A stretch of 63,998 nucleotides of DNA, filler included, from Basidiobolus ranarum (Eukaryota): NCBI GenBank assembly GCA_040143965.1. It is 3 parts of 3 records of this genome, joined end to end, with 100 filler letters (N's around TTAATTAATTAA, not from the genome) between each part and the next. Parts side by side here need not be neighbours in the genome. Positions count along the whole stretch, not along the records: positions 1 to 22,212 come from JASJQH010000190.1; 2 more parts are not named here. One strand, 5' to 3'. The position numbers and the translations under genes are program-made. How positions within the stretch are numbered: the stretch's first letter is position 1; each line of letters starts with the position of its first letter. The notes below the pieces were generated by a model. That model worked only from the letters and a program-made list of their open reading frames with translations, did no database searches and was not told the DNA's origin. This document shows positions 1-12,482 of this stretch, piece after piece.

Positions 1-160
1 TACATCCTCTGAGCTAGATTACATTGGTCATCAGGTTAAGTATGGATATGATTCAGTATTGTCACAATATCTTAAAAGATTGATGTCTTGATTGTCACTT
101 TGTTTAGATTAATATTTAAGCTAAATAAAGTCCACACCATCTGGTGCTTTTCATCCCCCT

Positions 161-334
161 AAACACATCAATATTAAGCATCACTTCATTAGAGAGACTA
201 TAGAGAATAAGTTTGTTGACTTAACTTATTGTTCTACAGACGACATGATTGCTGATATATTAACCAAACCATTAGCTAGACAGAAATTTGAGAAATTTAG
301 ACCCTTATTAGGATTAGTTTATATGACTATTTAG
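161..334 (+). mobile_element. Ty1/copia retrotransposon RNase H C-terminus (5'-truncated relic)
   Basis: Translates KHINIKHHFIRE...MIADILTKPLARQKFEKFRPLLGL*, the classic copia RNase H end, followed by polypurine tract TTGAGGGAGAG. Confidence 0.9.
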
Positions 335-345
335 TTGAGGGAGAG

Positions 346-492
346 GGTTAGGGTTAGGGTTAAGTTTTGTTAACTGACTACTTTGTGCAGTTGTATAGAA
401 TGTATATAAGGTTATGAAATGGAATAAACATGGATTTAAATCTTCAAGAAGGGGATCAAATGTTAGTGGAACTAACTTGGCATATTATAACA
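346..492 (+). repeat. 3' LTR of the copia element
   Basis: Begins right after the PPT (GGTTAG, degenerate TGTTAG), contains TATATAA and AATAAA, and ends ...TATAACA. Confidence 0.65.
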
Positions 493-499
493 TCTTGGA

Positions 500-842
500 T
501 CTGGGAAAGTTGGTAGAATACTAAGGTATGTACAGAAATACAGAGTTTTCTTTTGGTCAATAGACTATTGACCAGTACTATAACACGCTATGTTTCAAAC
601 TAAATCATATCTATGGGAAGTCATTTGTTGCCTTCCTTACATATATGGCCCAAGCTATAATGTACTGGTCTACGCAAGCCCCAAACAATGTCATAACAAG
701 CATCTAACTTCTTGGAATAGAAAGCAGCAGGCTCTATGGAAGTTTTTTTCATATATATTGTGATTTTAAGTATTATGAGTAAAGTTTTCCAAATGCCATT
801 GTTGTCAATATTTAATTTATACTGGCCAGAGCAGAATAAACA
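500..842 (-). mobile_element. Degenerate Ty3/gypsy pol fragment (RNase H/integrase)
   Basis: EPAAFYSKKL...IVWGL resembles gypsy RNase H PVAFYSRKL...AIVWAL; downstream IVLVNSLLTK resembles integrase IVVVDRLTK. Confidence 0.55.
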
Positions 843-1190
843 TGCAGAAATTAGCATTGCCTGAGCACCTATGCAGTCATATACACCTTAGTGTTTAGTT
901 ATGTTATACTACACTAAGATATTACCAATAATTCTCAATTGGAATTTACTTTGAAAATTTTTACCAACTTATAAGTTCTCAGATCCATGGATTTTTCAAA
1001 CTTATGTTAGAAGCCCGAAGCTTTGTACACATGATCCTGGGACCTTTTTTGATACAATCTACATATTAGTTTGTTTACATCTTGACAAAACTAAAAACGT
1101 CCACTTTCAACTCAATAAATCAATAAGCGATAACAACCAGTTTCTCTAATTCTCCAAACCACTTCCAACAATCTCACAAATACTTTAACA
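843..1190 (+). repeat. Solo LTR, copy 1 of a dispersed ~345-bp family
   Basis: Aligns by eye along its length with 26783-27127 and at its 3' end with 44622-44729; termini TG...TTTAACA. Confidence 0.75.
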
Positions 1191-1469
1191 GACTCTTACC
1201 TAGGTGTATTAGCTTGTTGCACGTGGAGTAGCAAGAAGATTTAATAATTGTTTAAGGACAAAATATACCTGAACTAAGGCTTACAAATTTTCAAGACTAA
1301 GAGCGAAGTAGGATAAACATCTTGTTGTATGGATTGTAGAAAAATAGATATACTATTTTGTCAGTTAACACTGCATTAGCTATTGGCCTCTCTATATTAT
1401 CTTAGACGTTGACCTGTATGTGCATTGCTGAGAAATATAAGATCTAGGAACTGTTCAATGAGACAGATC

Positions 1470-3429
1470 CTAGTTTATGCGCTGATGGGAAAAATCAAGC
1501 ATTGTTTCCATTTTTCTGCCTGATTGTTTGTGGATAGCAACGAGCCGCAACTCAGTGAGTCCAAAATACATACTTACCTGGCACTCTTTATAATTCTGAT
1601 CTACTATGCAATCTGATGGATATGTTATCTTCAAACTTGCTAGCTCATGGCAACCTTCATCATCAGGGTAGCAGGGATGTTTCTCGGCGGTCGCATATAA
1701 TTTGAATTTGATTTGGCTTTGCGAGGGTATGAGAGGAACAAATGAGTGGGTTATAGACTCGTCCCTCTCAACCAGTTGTCCACTGCGAACAAAGACCGAG
1801 AGCACTTTAGTCATGTAGCAATGTTGTTCATCGCACCAGAACCTTTTTGATTTATCGTGGTGTATGGAATTAAATTTCTCGCTTGATCCTATTGCATATG
1901 TGAGCTTTGATTTGCGAGCTGTTACTATGGTTGGATCTAGGCCGCTAAGTACAGCCCCTTGAATGATGGCAGATCCTGGCTCAGAGATAGACAATATTTG
2001 TAGATGGTCTCTCTCGAACTCCCTTCGCAGGCAATGAAGTAAATACCTAGACTCGGCAAATCCACCAACAACAAGGAGATTTGAAGTGGTTATCTCCGCC
2101 TGGTCCAAATGCTCTGAAAGTGCCTTTACAAGTTTTTCAATAACCTTATCAAAGAACCCTTGTATAGTTTTCCCTGACAACCAGATAACATCGTCAAAGA
2201 ACTATGGGAAAACATCTCTCTTAGCTAAATTTAACTCTGTTCGAAGAAAGAATGGGGCTATTACCTCTTGATTTTCGGCCAAAGCACTCTTTTCTTCTTG
2301 TTTCATGCGCTTCTGCAATATATTTGGAAGAGAAATGACACCAAAATCCTGTTCGTCCAGTTTGGACCCGTCAAAGCTGCGCTTGATATTTTCCCACTCC
2401 CTAAGCAAAGATATTTCAATTGAAGGTGACTGCGTCAAGGCCACATCATACGCCTCGACTCCAACCATATTCTTAACATAGGCAAAGAAATAGCTGTCAA
2501 TGAACGTACTTCCTGCTAAAACGCCAGAGCTGGCGATGAGCTCGCTCATCTTTCCTCTATCCTGGATATTATACGTACTCATGTCGATAGTACCCCCTCC
2601 ACAATCACAAACACTTAAAGTATCACCAACTATTAACGGCTTTGCACCAGGAGTATGTCGAAGATAGACCGACGCTGCTTCTGGTTCGAGACAAATCAGC
2701 AGTCTATCAGATTCAAGGCTTTGGATCATTCCAACTGACAAGCAAGCCTGGCGCATTATGGACTTTGCTTTATCAGTCCAGATGGCTGGAACAGTTAAAC
2801 ACCTTAAAGTCAATGAGATTAGTCAAGCAAAGTAGATGTACTTATTTTTATTATCTGTACCAGAGAACATAATCCTCAGAAAAACTTCCACTGAACTTTG
2901 CGCGAAGAGCCTCAATAGCCAGATCTTTCATGTATTTTAGATAGTCAGCAATAACCACTTGTACAGTAGTTTTAGGCGGGAGGAGGATAGATTCCCTGCA
3001 GGAGGGATCCAACAAAAGTTTGAATTTCTCCACATAGAAATCATCATGTTCTAAGGGACGCCGCTGAAGGTAGATAGCCAGAGCATGGTATCCAAATGCT
3101 AAAGGTTTGTAGTCATCCTCGGCTGATACAAATTAGGACATGAGTGATAATTAAACCAAATTAGAACAAGAAGTGACTACCATCCCGCACATATAAGATA
3201 CTGGTTCTATCTTTGCAATATGGCTGAGGCTGCTTATTCCAGTTAAAGTTTGTCTTGACTATCTTGTCCACTCTATGGGCAAAGGCGTACCCAGAGTGTG
3301 TGGTCTATAGGATTCACAATTATCAGACGACTTGAATTGATAACCATTTAAAAGCATGCTTCTTACACCAAAGTCAATACCGATACAATATCTGGTTTCG
3401 GAAGCTCGTACATCAACTGTTGTATTCAT
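1470..3429 (-). CDS. HSPA12-type atypical Hsp70 (actin-like ATPase), 5 exons, ~572 aa
   Basis: Exons 3429-3367, 3304-3181, 3122-2861, 2802-2265 and 2201-1470 splice in frame through GT-AG introns; motifs GIDFGTTHSGYAF, WCLTVPAIW, LEPEAAS, DCGGGTID, LVVGGFAES. Confidence 0.9.
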
Positions 3430-3651
3430 GTCAATTTGCGAATTCAAACTAATGGGGACGAGCACCAACGGTATTAATAAACTTAATTTCCACGAACCGC
3501 AATACAGTGGCTAATACCAGTCACAAGATGGCTAAGCGTGATGTGTATGAATTATGATGACATGGGTATATCCATCCTTCCGTACTCCAGTTACTTCTGC
3601 TATATATTGCTGGTTTGGGATGTGGCAACCAGTGAATGAAAAAGACTCACC

Positions 3652-4875
3652 ATGCTCAATCAAATGCTCGGGCTAATATTCTCTAGCGTTGTTGATGATT
3701 CGCCCCCAAAAATAACGACTGAACAGCTGGAGAGATTCAGATGCGAATTAGAAACTTACATTGAGCTTTACGTAAAGCTTAGCAAAAGAGTAAACGAGTT
3801 GGAATCTTTGAACCTAGAACTGGCAAACAAGAAACAGGATATTAGTCTAGAGTTGATACAGGCTCAAGCAAAGATAGAAAATATGGCCACTTCCCACCGC
3901 ACTAGTTATAGTAGTGTTATCCAAAAAAACAGTTGGCTGCAAGAAAACCAGCAAAAGTGCTCTCTAAAAATGGCAGAGATCCAGAATCAGTTGCGATTAG
4001 CTAGTAACGAAAACAAAGTACTTCGTTTACAAGCAGAAGAATCCAAGCGCTTGAAGGGCATACATGAAAACATAGTTAAGCAGCTGGCCGAACTTGAAGC
4101 AAGGACTAGTATTCAGGATAACATCGATATTTCAGAATACGCTTTCAACATTAGTGAGGTACAAGCACACCTTGCCTCTGTGCGAACGGACATAGTAGGA
4201 GGCAAGCTGAACAGGTGCATTAGAAAAGGCATTAGGGCAAAAATTGATATTCTAGAATTCAGTCGCGTACACTTTACTGATCGCAAATACAAGACCGTCA
4301 AGTTAGCAAAGCCTATATTGGAACGATACGTCGCAGGGTATATACTTAACAGTGTGATTGAGAGCCTTCACGTGTCCTCATGGTTTCAGAAATTAATTCG
4401 CTTGGTAGACTTTCTTGCTGCTCAAGCTAAAAGTAAATGTGCTGCTTATCAGTTCATTAACGAACTTATTGATCAGGCAATCAAGGATAGTCAAGTGTTG
4501 CATATAACGGCGCTCCATGTAGCGACCGCCTTAAATTGGAATGACCTGTATTCGGAATTGATTCCTAGTATCAGTCCTCTTACCATTAAGGTTGTTCAGC
4601 TCCTCTGCGCTTCACGGCTTCTATCAGACAATATAGTAATAGTTGCCACCAAGTCAAATATATTTCAACGGTACGATTCCACATCGCAAACTCAAATTGG
4701 AGTTATTTTGTCCGCTCCTCATGTCACAGCTGATGAAGAAAATACAATGCTTGTATTTCAAAGCATTTGTCCTGGAATTATGCGCGGTACGGAAGTCATC
4801 GAACAAGAGGTTGTACTGATATGTGACATTAATGTTCTACCACAGTCACAAGTTGTACCAGCAACAATCCAATAA
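3652..4875 (+). CDS. Uncharacterised intronless coiled-coil protein with possible GrpE/MIEAP-like C-terminal beta head
   Basis: 407-aa ORF; heptad-rich N-terminal ~150 aa; C-terminus LVFQSICPGIMRGTEVIEQEVVL; divergent from the Hsp70 gene. Confidence 0.75.
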   Translation: MLNQMLGLIFSSVVDDSPPKITTEQLERFRCELETYIELYVKLSKRVNELESLNLELANKKQDISLELIQAQAKIENMATSHRTSYSSVIQKNSWLQENQQKCSLKMAEIQNQLRLASNENKVLRLQAEESKRLKGIHENIVKQLAELEARTSIQDNIDISEYAFNISEVQAHLASVRTDIVGGKLNRCIRKGIRAKIDILEFSRVHFTDRKYKTVKLAKPILERYVAGYILNSVIESLHVSSWFQKLIRLVDFLAAQAKSKCAAYQFINELIDQAIKDSQVLHITALHVATALNWNDLYSELIPSISPLTIKVVQLLCASRLLSDNIVIVATKSNIFQRYDSTSQTQIGVILSAPHVTADEENTMLVFQSICPGIMRGTEVIEQEVVLICDINVLPQSQVVPATIQ

Positions 4876-5504
4876 TTGTCACAAGGCCTCTAGTCATAGG
4901 GATTGATTGTGTATAGAGAGTGTATACAGAGATTTTATGTTCACTATTACTAGTGTCGGTTGCTTATTGCGTCAACAAATATCGTCACATATATTTCAAC
5001 AATTTGCACTAACAATAAATTCACATGTTTGCTTAGATATTGTACGATTCATTATATATACCTTATTAACTTCAGAAAGATTAGAATATCATCGCATTCT
5101 CAACCATAGATATGACCGGGTAGACTCATTTTTACTAAGTGCTAGCCTTTGCTCATGACTGCTGTGTATTCAGCATGTAAATTAGTTGAGAACAATACTC
5201 CAGGTATTGCACTAACCGAAGCAATGGCAATAAGTGTTATACTAGTGCTAAACAATATTAATAGATATCACTATAATGGCTGCAGTAACTGAAAATATTG
5301 AATGTGGCTTAGCAATTTAACCAAAAATCAAACCATATTTGAGGATCAAAATTTATCTCAGGAAATCGGCATGCCGAATTAATGAGAAACTAACGAAATT
5401 TGTCACCCCAATATTGATAGAATTAGTCATCTAAGTATCCGATTTTTCACTTTATGAATTTACCGTAGTAGCGTTGTTGTACCTAATTTCAACAATTTTT
5501 TCCT

Positions 5505-7923
5505 ATGTTATCTTTCAATAGAATAGTCAAAGGAGGCAAGTGTTTAACAGTTGGTTGCAACATTCTTCGCCCTAAGCACTCGAAGATATCCTCCGTTTTA
5601 CCTTTCCAACACTCTGCCTTTACTTTTTCTAGACTTTCACGTTCCGTGACCACTCTCACTTCTGATATAGAGGCTCAACACTATGCTGACCACAAAGCTC
5701 CAGTGTGTCAGCTAGAAATCCGAAATCACTTTGAATTATTACAGGAAAAAGAAAAGCGTTATGCACACCATATCAGTCGAGCCAGTTGGTACGGGGCGCG
5801 TGTTTTATTGGCACAAACTACTAAAGATAGTGAAAATATTTATGATTTTATTATCTCTTTATTTAAAGAGGAAAAGAACAATCAGATGGTTGCGTTGGAC
5901 CAGTTACAACAAAAAAGTGGTGTTGACACAGAGACGTTCCAACATTGGCTTCAATATTCCGGGCAGTTTCTTGGAAATATGGGGAATTACAAATCCTTTG
6001 GAGATACAAAGTTCATTCCTCGAATCTCTGAAGCAGCCCTTGAAGCCATTGTTAAAGCAAGAGGCAGTCAACGCGTTACAGACTTGTTTAATTCTGTTAA
6101 ACAAAACATATTTTCTGTCACCCCAGCATCCAAAAACCTACTCGGCTATGTTGACGATGGCCATGTTTCAAACTATTACTCCGAAAATGTAACCAAAAAT
6201 GACATCCTGGAAGTTCAGAAGTTTCTAGAATCCATCGAAGTAGATTCACTCAATACCAGGTGATTTTCATTATTGGTATACAGATACAGATAGCTGGTTG
6301 ACACTAACGCTTATTCGAAAATTAACTATATAGACTATTCAAAATTTCTGAAACAGAATTCGAAGTGAAGGTGGCCTCAGCTATAGTAAAAGACCCCGAG
6401 GTTCACAGAACAAATCAAGGCAAAACCATTAAAATAGTTTACGGTGATCACCACGTTAGCATGAAAAAAATTGCCAAAGAGATACAAGCCGCCATCGAAT
6501 ATGCTGCTAATGACGATCAACGTTTGATGTTGGAAAAGTATGCAGAGAGCTTTACGACTGGCTCTATATCTGCGCACAAGGAATCTCAGAAATACTGGAT
6601 TAATGATGTAGGCCCCACCGTAGAGTCTAACATCGGGTTCATTGAGACCTATCGTGACCCAGCAGGCATTCGTGCCGAGTGGGAAGGGTTCGTTGCAATG
6701 GTCAACAAAGATCGTACGAAGAAGTTTGGGGTATTGGTGGATAACGCAGAGCGTTTTATTTCTAAATTACCTTGGTAAGTAGTATTTTGTAAGCATGGAT
6801 TTTCCACTACAACTTCTCACATCTCATTCAAGGGGTGCTGACTATGAAAAGGATAGCTTCCACAAACCTGACTTTACTTCGTTGGAGGTAATGTCGTTTG
6901 CTACTGGGGGGATTCCAGCTGGTAAGCTAATCACGATGTGGTTCAGAAATGCATTTAATTTAAAGTTTGTATCATATAGGCATCAACATCCCTAATTACG
7001 ACGATATTCGAGAATACTATGGTTTCAAGAATGTAAGCTTAGGTAATGTCTTGAACGCGAAATCCTCCAATGAGAAATATCCCTTTCTCAATGAAGCTGA
7101 TCGTATCCTGTATGAGAAGCTGAAAGGGCCTTCTTTTGAGGTTCAGGTTGGCATTCACGAACTTCTAGGTCATGGCTCAGGAAAGTTACTAGCTGAGCAA
7201 GAGCAAGGGAAATACAACTTTGACATTAATAATCCTCCCATATCACCAATTACCAAAAGTCCCATCACCACTTGGTATAAGCCCGGAGAAACTTGGGGAT
7301 CTGTGTTCAAAAATATCGCTTCATCTTACGAAGAATGCCGTGCAGAATCGGTGGCTCTTTACCTGTCCACTGACAAGGATGCGTTGAAAGTATTCGGTCA
7401 TACAGATATCAGCCACGAGATAGGATTAGCCGATGATATCATGTATGTAGGATGGCTATCAATGGTGCGAGCTGGTCTTCTTGGATTAGAGTTCTACAAT
7501 CCAACCGTCAAGAAGTGGGGACAAGCCCATATGATGGCACGCTACGCCATATTGCGAGTGCTACTTGAGGCAGGACAAGACTTCGTTAAAATTGAACGAA
7601 ATACCGATGACACTGATGCAATCATCACTTTGGACCGTGGTAAAATCATGAGCGTGGGAATGCCTGCCATGCATACCTTCTTACAAAAGATTCAAGTGTA
7701 CAAGGCTACCGCAGATTTCGAAGCAGGATCTGCTTTATATGCGGAAATGACTCGTGTTCCAGAAGATTGGAATACTCTACGTGATATTGTCATATCTCAT
7801 AAGCAACCCAGAAAGTTGTTTGTTCAAGCAAATACCGTACTCGAAGGAGATACCGTGGCAATGAAGGAATACCCAGCCACCGTTGAGGGCATCGTTCAGT
7901 CATTTGTGGAGCGCAGTATATAA
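5505..7923 (+). CDS. DPP3: Dipeptidyl peptidase III (peptidase M49), 4 exons
   Basis: Zinc motifs HELLGH and EECRAE, plus [11 protein letters not shown]; exons 5505-6259, 6334-6774, 6833-6921, 6980-7923. Confidence 0.96.
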
Positions 7924-8861
7924 TATAAATCGAAAAGGGAAGAGAGCAAGTATATAAAGAGTATCAAAAACCATAAGAAGCTTCAATGGACCAATGATTT
8001 GTTTGAAACAATGTTGATTAACGTTTGCATCAATAATGATAAAATGACAAGAATGCATGGATCCGAATATTGATTTATTTTAGGGTTCTATGCGCTTAAT
8101 AAGAAGCGACTTACTTTATATGGCTACCATCAATAAGAGTCCAGTAACGCTTTTGTAGGTTTTCGGTAGGCCCGTCATTTGCTTCTTACAACAATAGAAT
8201 GATGCCATCTTATTGTGGTTTTAGTGGCGATTAAACAAATGTAGAAGATAACGGCATCCGTTACAGTGACGATACTTTAGAATTCACTTGCATGCACAAA
8301 CGCAATAAACACATAGATATATATATAATGATCACTCGGGGGCAGATACGCCTGCACAACAATGCTCAAATATTTAACAATAAAGGGGTAGTGGATTGAG
8401 TAGTAATTGGAATTTACCGACGATCTGCTTTTCTTAGTGCTTGTCCATCGTAGAGTCCTCAATGTTTTATTTCCATTTTAAGGGGATCCTCGTGAGTTAG
8501 CATATACAGATGGCTATTGACTGTTTGTTATAAGACAAACTCTCTAATCGATCTACAAGTAAACCTCTCTCTCTTTCTTTCTCTTTCTTTGGCAAGAGCT
8601 TGGCTAATTGTCATTTCATGAAACAGCAATAAATCTATGCTGATTCTCCACCATTTAGTCCAGCATAGTAAGTTTATTGGCGTTCATAATAATTACTGAC
8701 AAGATCCGTTCAAGGTTTCACTTCATTATTCTACTTAATAATAACCATTGTGTAACGCATTGGTGTTGATCGTCTGTACCTTATATAAATATCCAGTCTG
8801 GACGCCATTCGAAGACAACAAACACAGCGTCTTTCTAATTTACCTGAATTACTTCTGAAGT

Positions 8862-11800
8862 ATGTCTTCTGTTATTTCCAAATTACATGAAAGCCAGAGC
8901 TGTGAAGAGGAATGTGATTCAATTTCCCTGTCTAGAAAAGAGCAACAACTGATTAAACGAGATCTACTTGCTCGACAAATTCATGGCGAAATAGATAGAT
9001 TTAGAAGCACACTCTCACTTAATCACCTTGTTCACGATCAGTCTCTACTACAACCACTAGCCGACTCTAGAAATCATTTTTTTTTACATTTCCTTAATAG
9101 AAAGCGTGACTCCTCTTTAGACCTTACCAAAACTAATTCCGACATAGATGTTTCCTTATTACCAGCGAGATACGATGATACTCCTCTATTAAGGTTCGCC
9201 TTTACTCAATTCGTGTTGACTTTTCCTTTTCTCAAAGGAGTCAATCCAAATTTCTGGCCCAAGATACAACAATTTCTACAAGCCTTTAACGAGCATCGAT
9301 CTGGAACCCGGTCAATAGACCCAAAACGAAATAGGAAGCAAGATAAAATTGCCTCAAAACTTGAGAAAATTTTAGTTTTATTATTCAACACTGGGATACC
9401 AACCAGTATTGAGAATTCGGTACCAACAAAATCTAAACAGAAGACTACTCCAAAAGAAACCCCGACCATCAAATCGAACTCTCTGTCCAACAGCCCTGAA
9501 CACCTTCCATTCGTGGAGATAGTCTCTGTTAGGCGGCAAGTCAAGAAGACATTCCTTATTCAGAAAGAAAAAGCGGTAAATCACTTGAGAAAATATGATT
9601 TTGTTTGCCTAAACTCACCTTCGCAATTCATATTTAAATATCAGATGTTTATCGTCAAATGCAGTTTGCCTGATTGGGAAGGAGATTTATACGTTCTACG
9701 AAGCTACTCTCAGTTCACCAGATACTTTAACCAAGTAAGCACATTGAATAGTCACCTATGAGGTAGAATGAGACAGAATTCCGTTCTAAATATTCAACTC
9801 TAGATTAGACACGCTTTCCCTACTTTTGAACTACCTTCTCCTCCTCCTAAATTCAAGAACGCATCACAAGACATCTATTTCCGTGAAAAAGATCGGATTT
9901 CACTACAGAATTATATACGGAATATTCTGAGGAATCCATTGATACTGCAATCTCAAGCAACCAGGAATTTCTTAACCTTTACGCCCATTGAAATGGAAGA
10001 GGATGATCTCTTTGATATTGAAAGAAGAAAACAGCACATGACTAATAGGAATCACGAGTACCAAAAAATTATGCGAATGACCGAAGAAAAGGCTGAAGAG
10101 CTAAAAGAGACTATTGGACAGTTTAAGAAAGAATTGCTTCACGAAGGTAAGTTCATAATTATAGAGATCATCAATTAAGAGATAAATGCGAGTAATTCTT
10201 TTAGGTGGATTCAAATCATTTTCCGATACACTTCATGATATCCCAAACATCTCTGGGTTACCTTCGCACTATCGAAAGCTCATCGAATTATTTACTATAA
10301 AGTAAGAGTGAACAATCCTTTGGGCAATTGATCATCACTAATGTATCTTCTTGGGGCCATAGCTTTGCATTCACGCTATATAGAGTCTTTTGTGCGGATG
10401 ATAGTGCTACCTGTAATTTTCATCAACTGAAGCAAACACACAGTTTGATTCCATATCGGACACTGGGTGGTATTTTGAGAATTGCAAACCCTACGATCAT
10501 GATGAAAGGAGTGTTGGATTTATTTCTTGCGCAGCCTTTCGGGCAACCTAGTATACTTCAGAGGTATTCCACACTAATCTTTCATTATTGAACTTGAGCC
10601 CTTACTAAAGATATTTCATCAGAGCGGTATCAATTAACCTTAACGAATCAATCAGTCGGAAGAAAGAAGAGATTAAACGGATCGAAGGGACAATATCAGA
10701 AATAGCTTTATGTGAGAAAGTCCACAACTACATATATTTGAGTGAGAATCCCAAATGGGATAACGAACAAGGTATATCATATCTCTCCACTACACTACTT
10801 TTGCCTAGATATTGGCTGATCCTGTCTTTCTAGTTGAAAACGACCTAGATCGTCTCATACAAGCTATTCTGGATCCGAATATTTCCCCTCCAATCACCCC
10901 TGAAACTGGTCTAATTCTTTCTGAGTCTCTCAAGTACTTGAAAGAGGCGAACCTGGTAGATTCTCTAATGAATTTAGCAATCAGTGGAAGTAATGAAGAT
11001 TCAGACATAGATGAGAAGATGTGTTCTTACGGGGAGAATGAAATGACTCTTAAGAAGTTGTACAGAATTATGATATTACACGGGCAAATCCGAGAAACTG
11101 AGAATGTCATCAAACTTGTATTTGAGGTTAGTTGAAAAACGTCGAGTATTCACTCTGGTCTGATTTGTTTCTTAGCTAAACCTCACATGTATACTAAATC
11201 TTAGGGAGTCACTGGTGAGCTCCTTAAAGAGATTCTTACCATATTCTATCAGCCTTTAGCTCAGATATATAAGGTAAGAGCACGATTAACTAGGATACAC
11301 CACTAAATACTAAAATGTTTGTTACAGGATGCAAATATAAGTGACTTCATCACAAGTTCATCGAAGTTTATCGAAGATCTTATTAAAGTAGTAGAAGAAA
11401 CGAACCGTAGCCCAGGTAAATAAATTGAAGTACCAACTCTCAAAGCACAATAACTGATCTGTAGTTATAGATCATTCAGCAATAGATACACTGAAAAGAT
11501 TCACAAAACTGGTCGAGTCCCATCAAGAGATCTTTTATCAATTCGTCCACTCGCTTTACAAACAACGACGCGATGGCTTATTTCAACAACTAATCGGTTG
11601 GTTCGAACACATTCTCGGCACTTTGCGAGATGGCATTGTTTCGGAAGCAATTGATTTAGAAGATATAATTAGAACCAATATAGAAGCAACTGAGAATACT
11701 GAGTTTCAAGCCGAGGTGCATACCCTGAAGGAATATACCTTCCGTACTAAACTTCGCCAATTTCGAAAATTAACTCAGAAGATGTTGGCAAACACTGAAC

Positions 11801-12192
11801 CTGATATTCTCTATACTGCGGGAACCCCAATACCAAAGGAGGTTTTGAGCAGATTACTGCGTAGTTCCGGTTTAAGTCACATATCCGAGGATTCTGACTT
11901 ACTGAAAGATATCAAATTATCAAAAGAAGGTGATGCTAATGAGGAAATGACCCAAGAAATCCAAGAAATTGAATTTGAAGATATCAATATCTCACTTGAT
12001 GATATGCTTGAGGTACAATCCTCCACAGTAGATGATTCTGAGGAGGAATTTATCGGTAATTGGACCTCAGTTCCGCAAAGCAAATCCCAGTTCGTAGAGC
12101 CCAAACTAGATTATCCGGAATTCAAATTACTACCAAAACTAGCGAAACCGTTTATGACTAGGATACTTCAATTGTTAACTCCACAATTCTAA
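8862..12192 (+). CDS. PX-associated + PX + DUF3818 protein (yeast YPR097W/Lec1 family), multi-exon
   Basis: LIKRDLL..QI..EI; PLLRFAFTQFVLTFPFL; FREKDRISLQNYIR; LKQTHSLIPY...MMKGVLDLFLAQPFGQPSILQR; many GT-AG introns. Confidence 0.85.
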
Positions 12193-12482
12193 TCATGCAT
12201 TCACTCATTCATTCATTGCATTACAATCGAAATAAATATCTCACGTTTTGTTGGTTAACTCTTGTTTCCAAGATAATCTTGAAATTCAATCTGATTGAGA
12301 TTGTAATCTACGATATGTAATATCACTTTTCTCGGTGAAATGTATGACGGTCATAGGACCTTCCACACGCACGTTTGATGGAAATATTAGATTTTGTGAA
12401 ATTTATTGAGCTCTTACCAAGTAGTAAACGAAGCACTTCCATTTGCTTCTTACTTTTTTACTTTTGTTAAATAGAAACATAA

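Noticed and set aside
2180-2265. Apparent frameshift or split in the Hsp70-like gene
   Set aside because: Explained by a canonical GT-AG intron at 2264-2202 that restores the frame.
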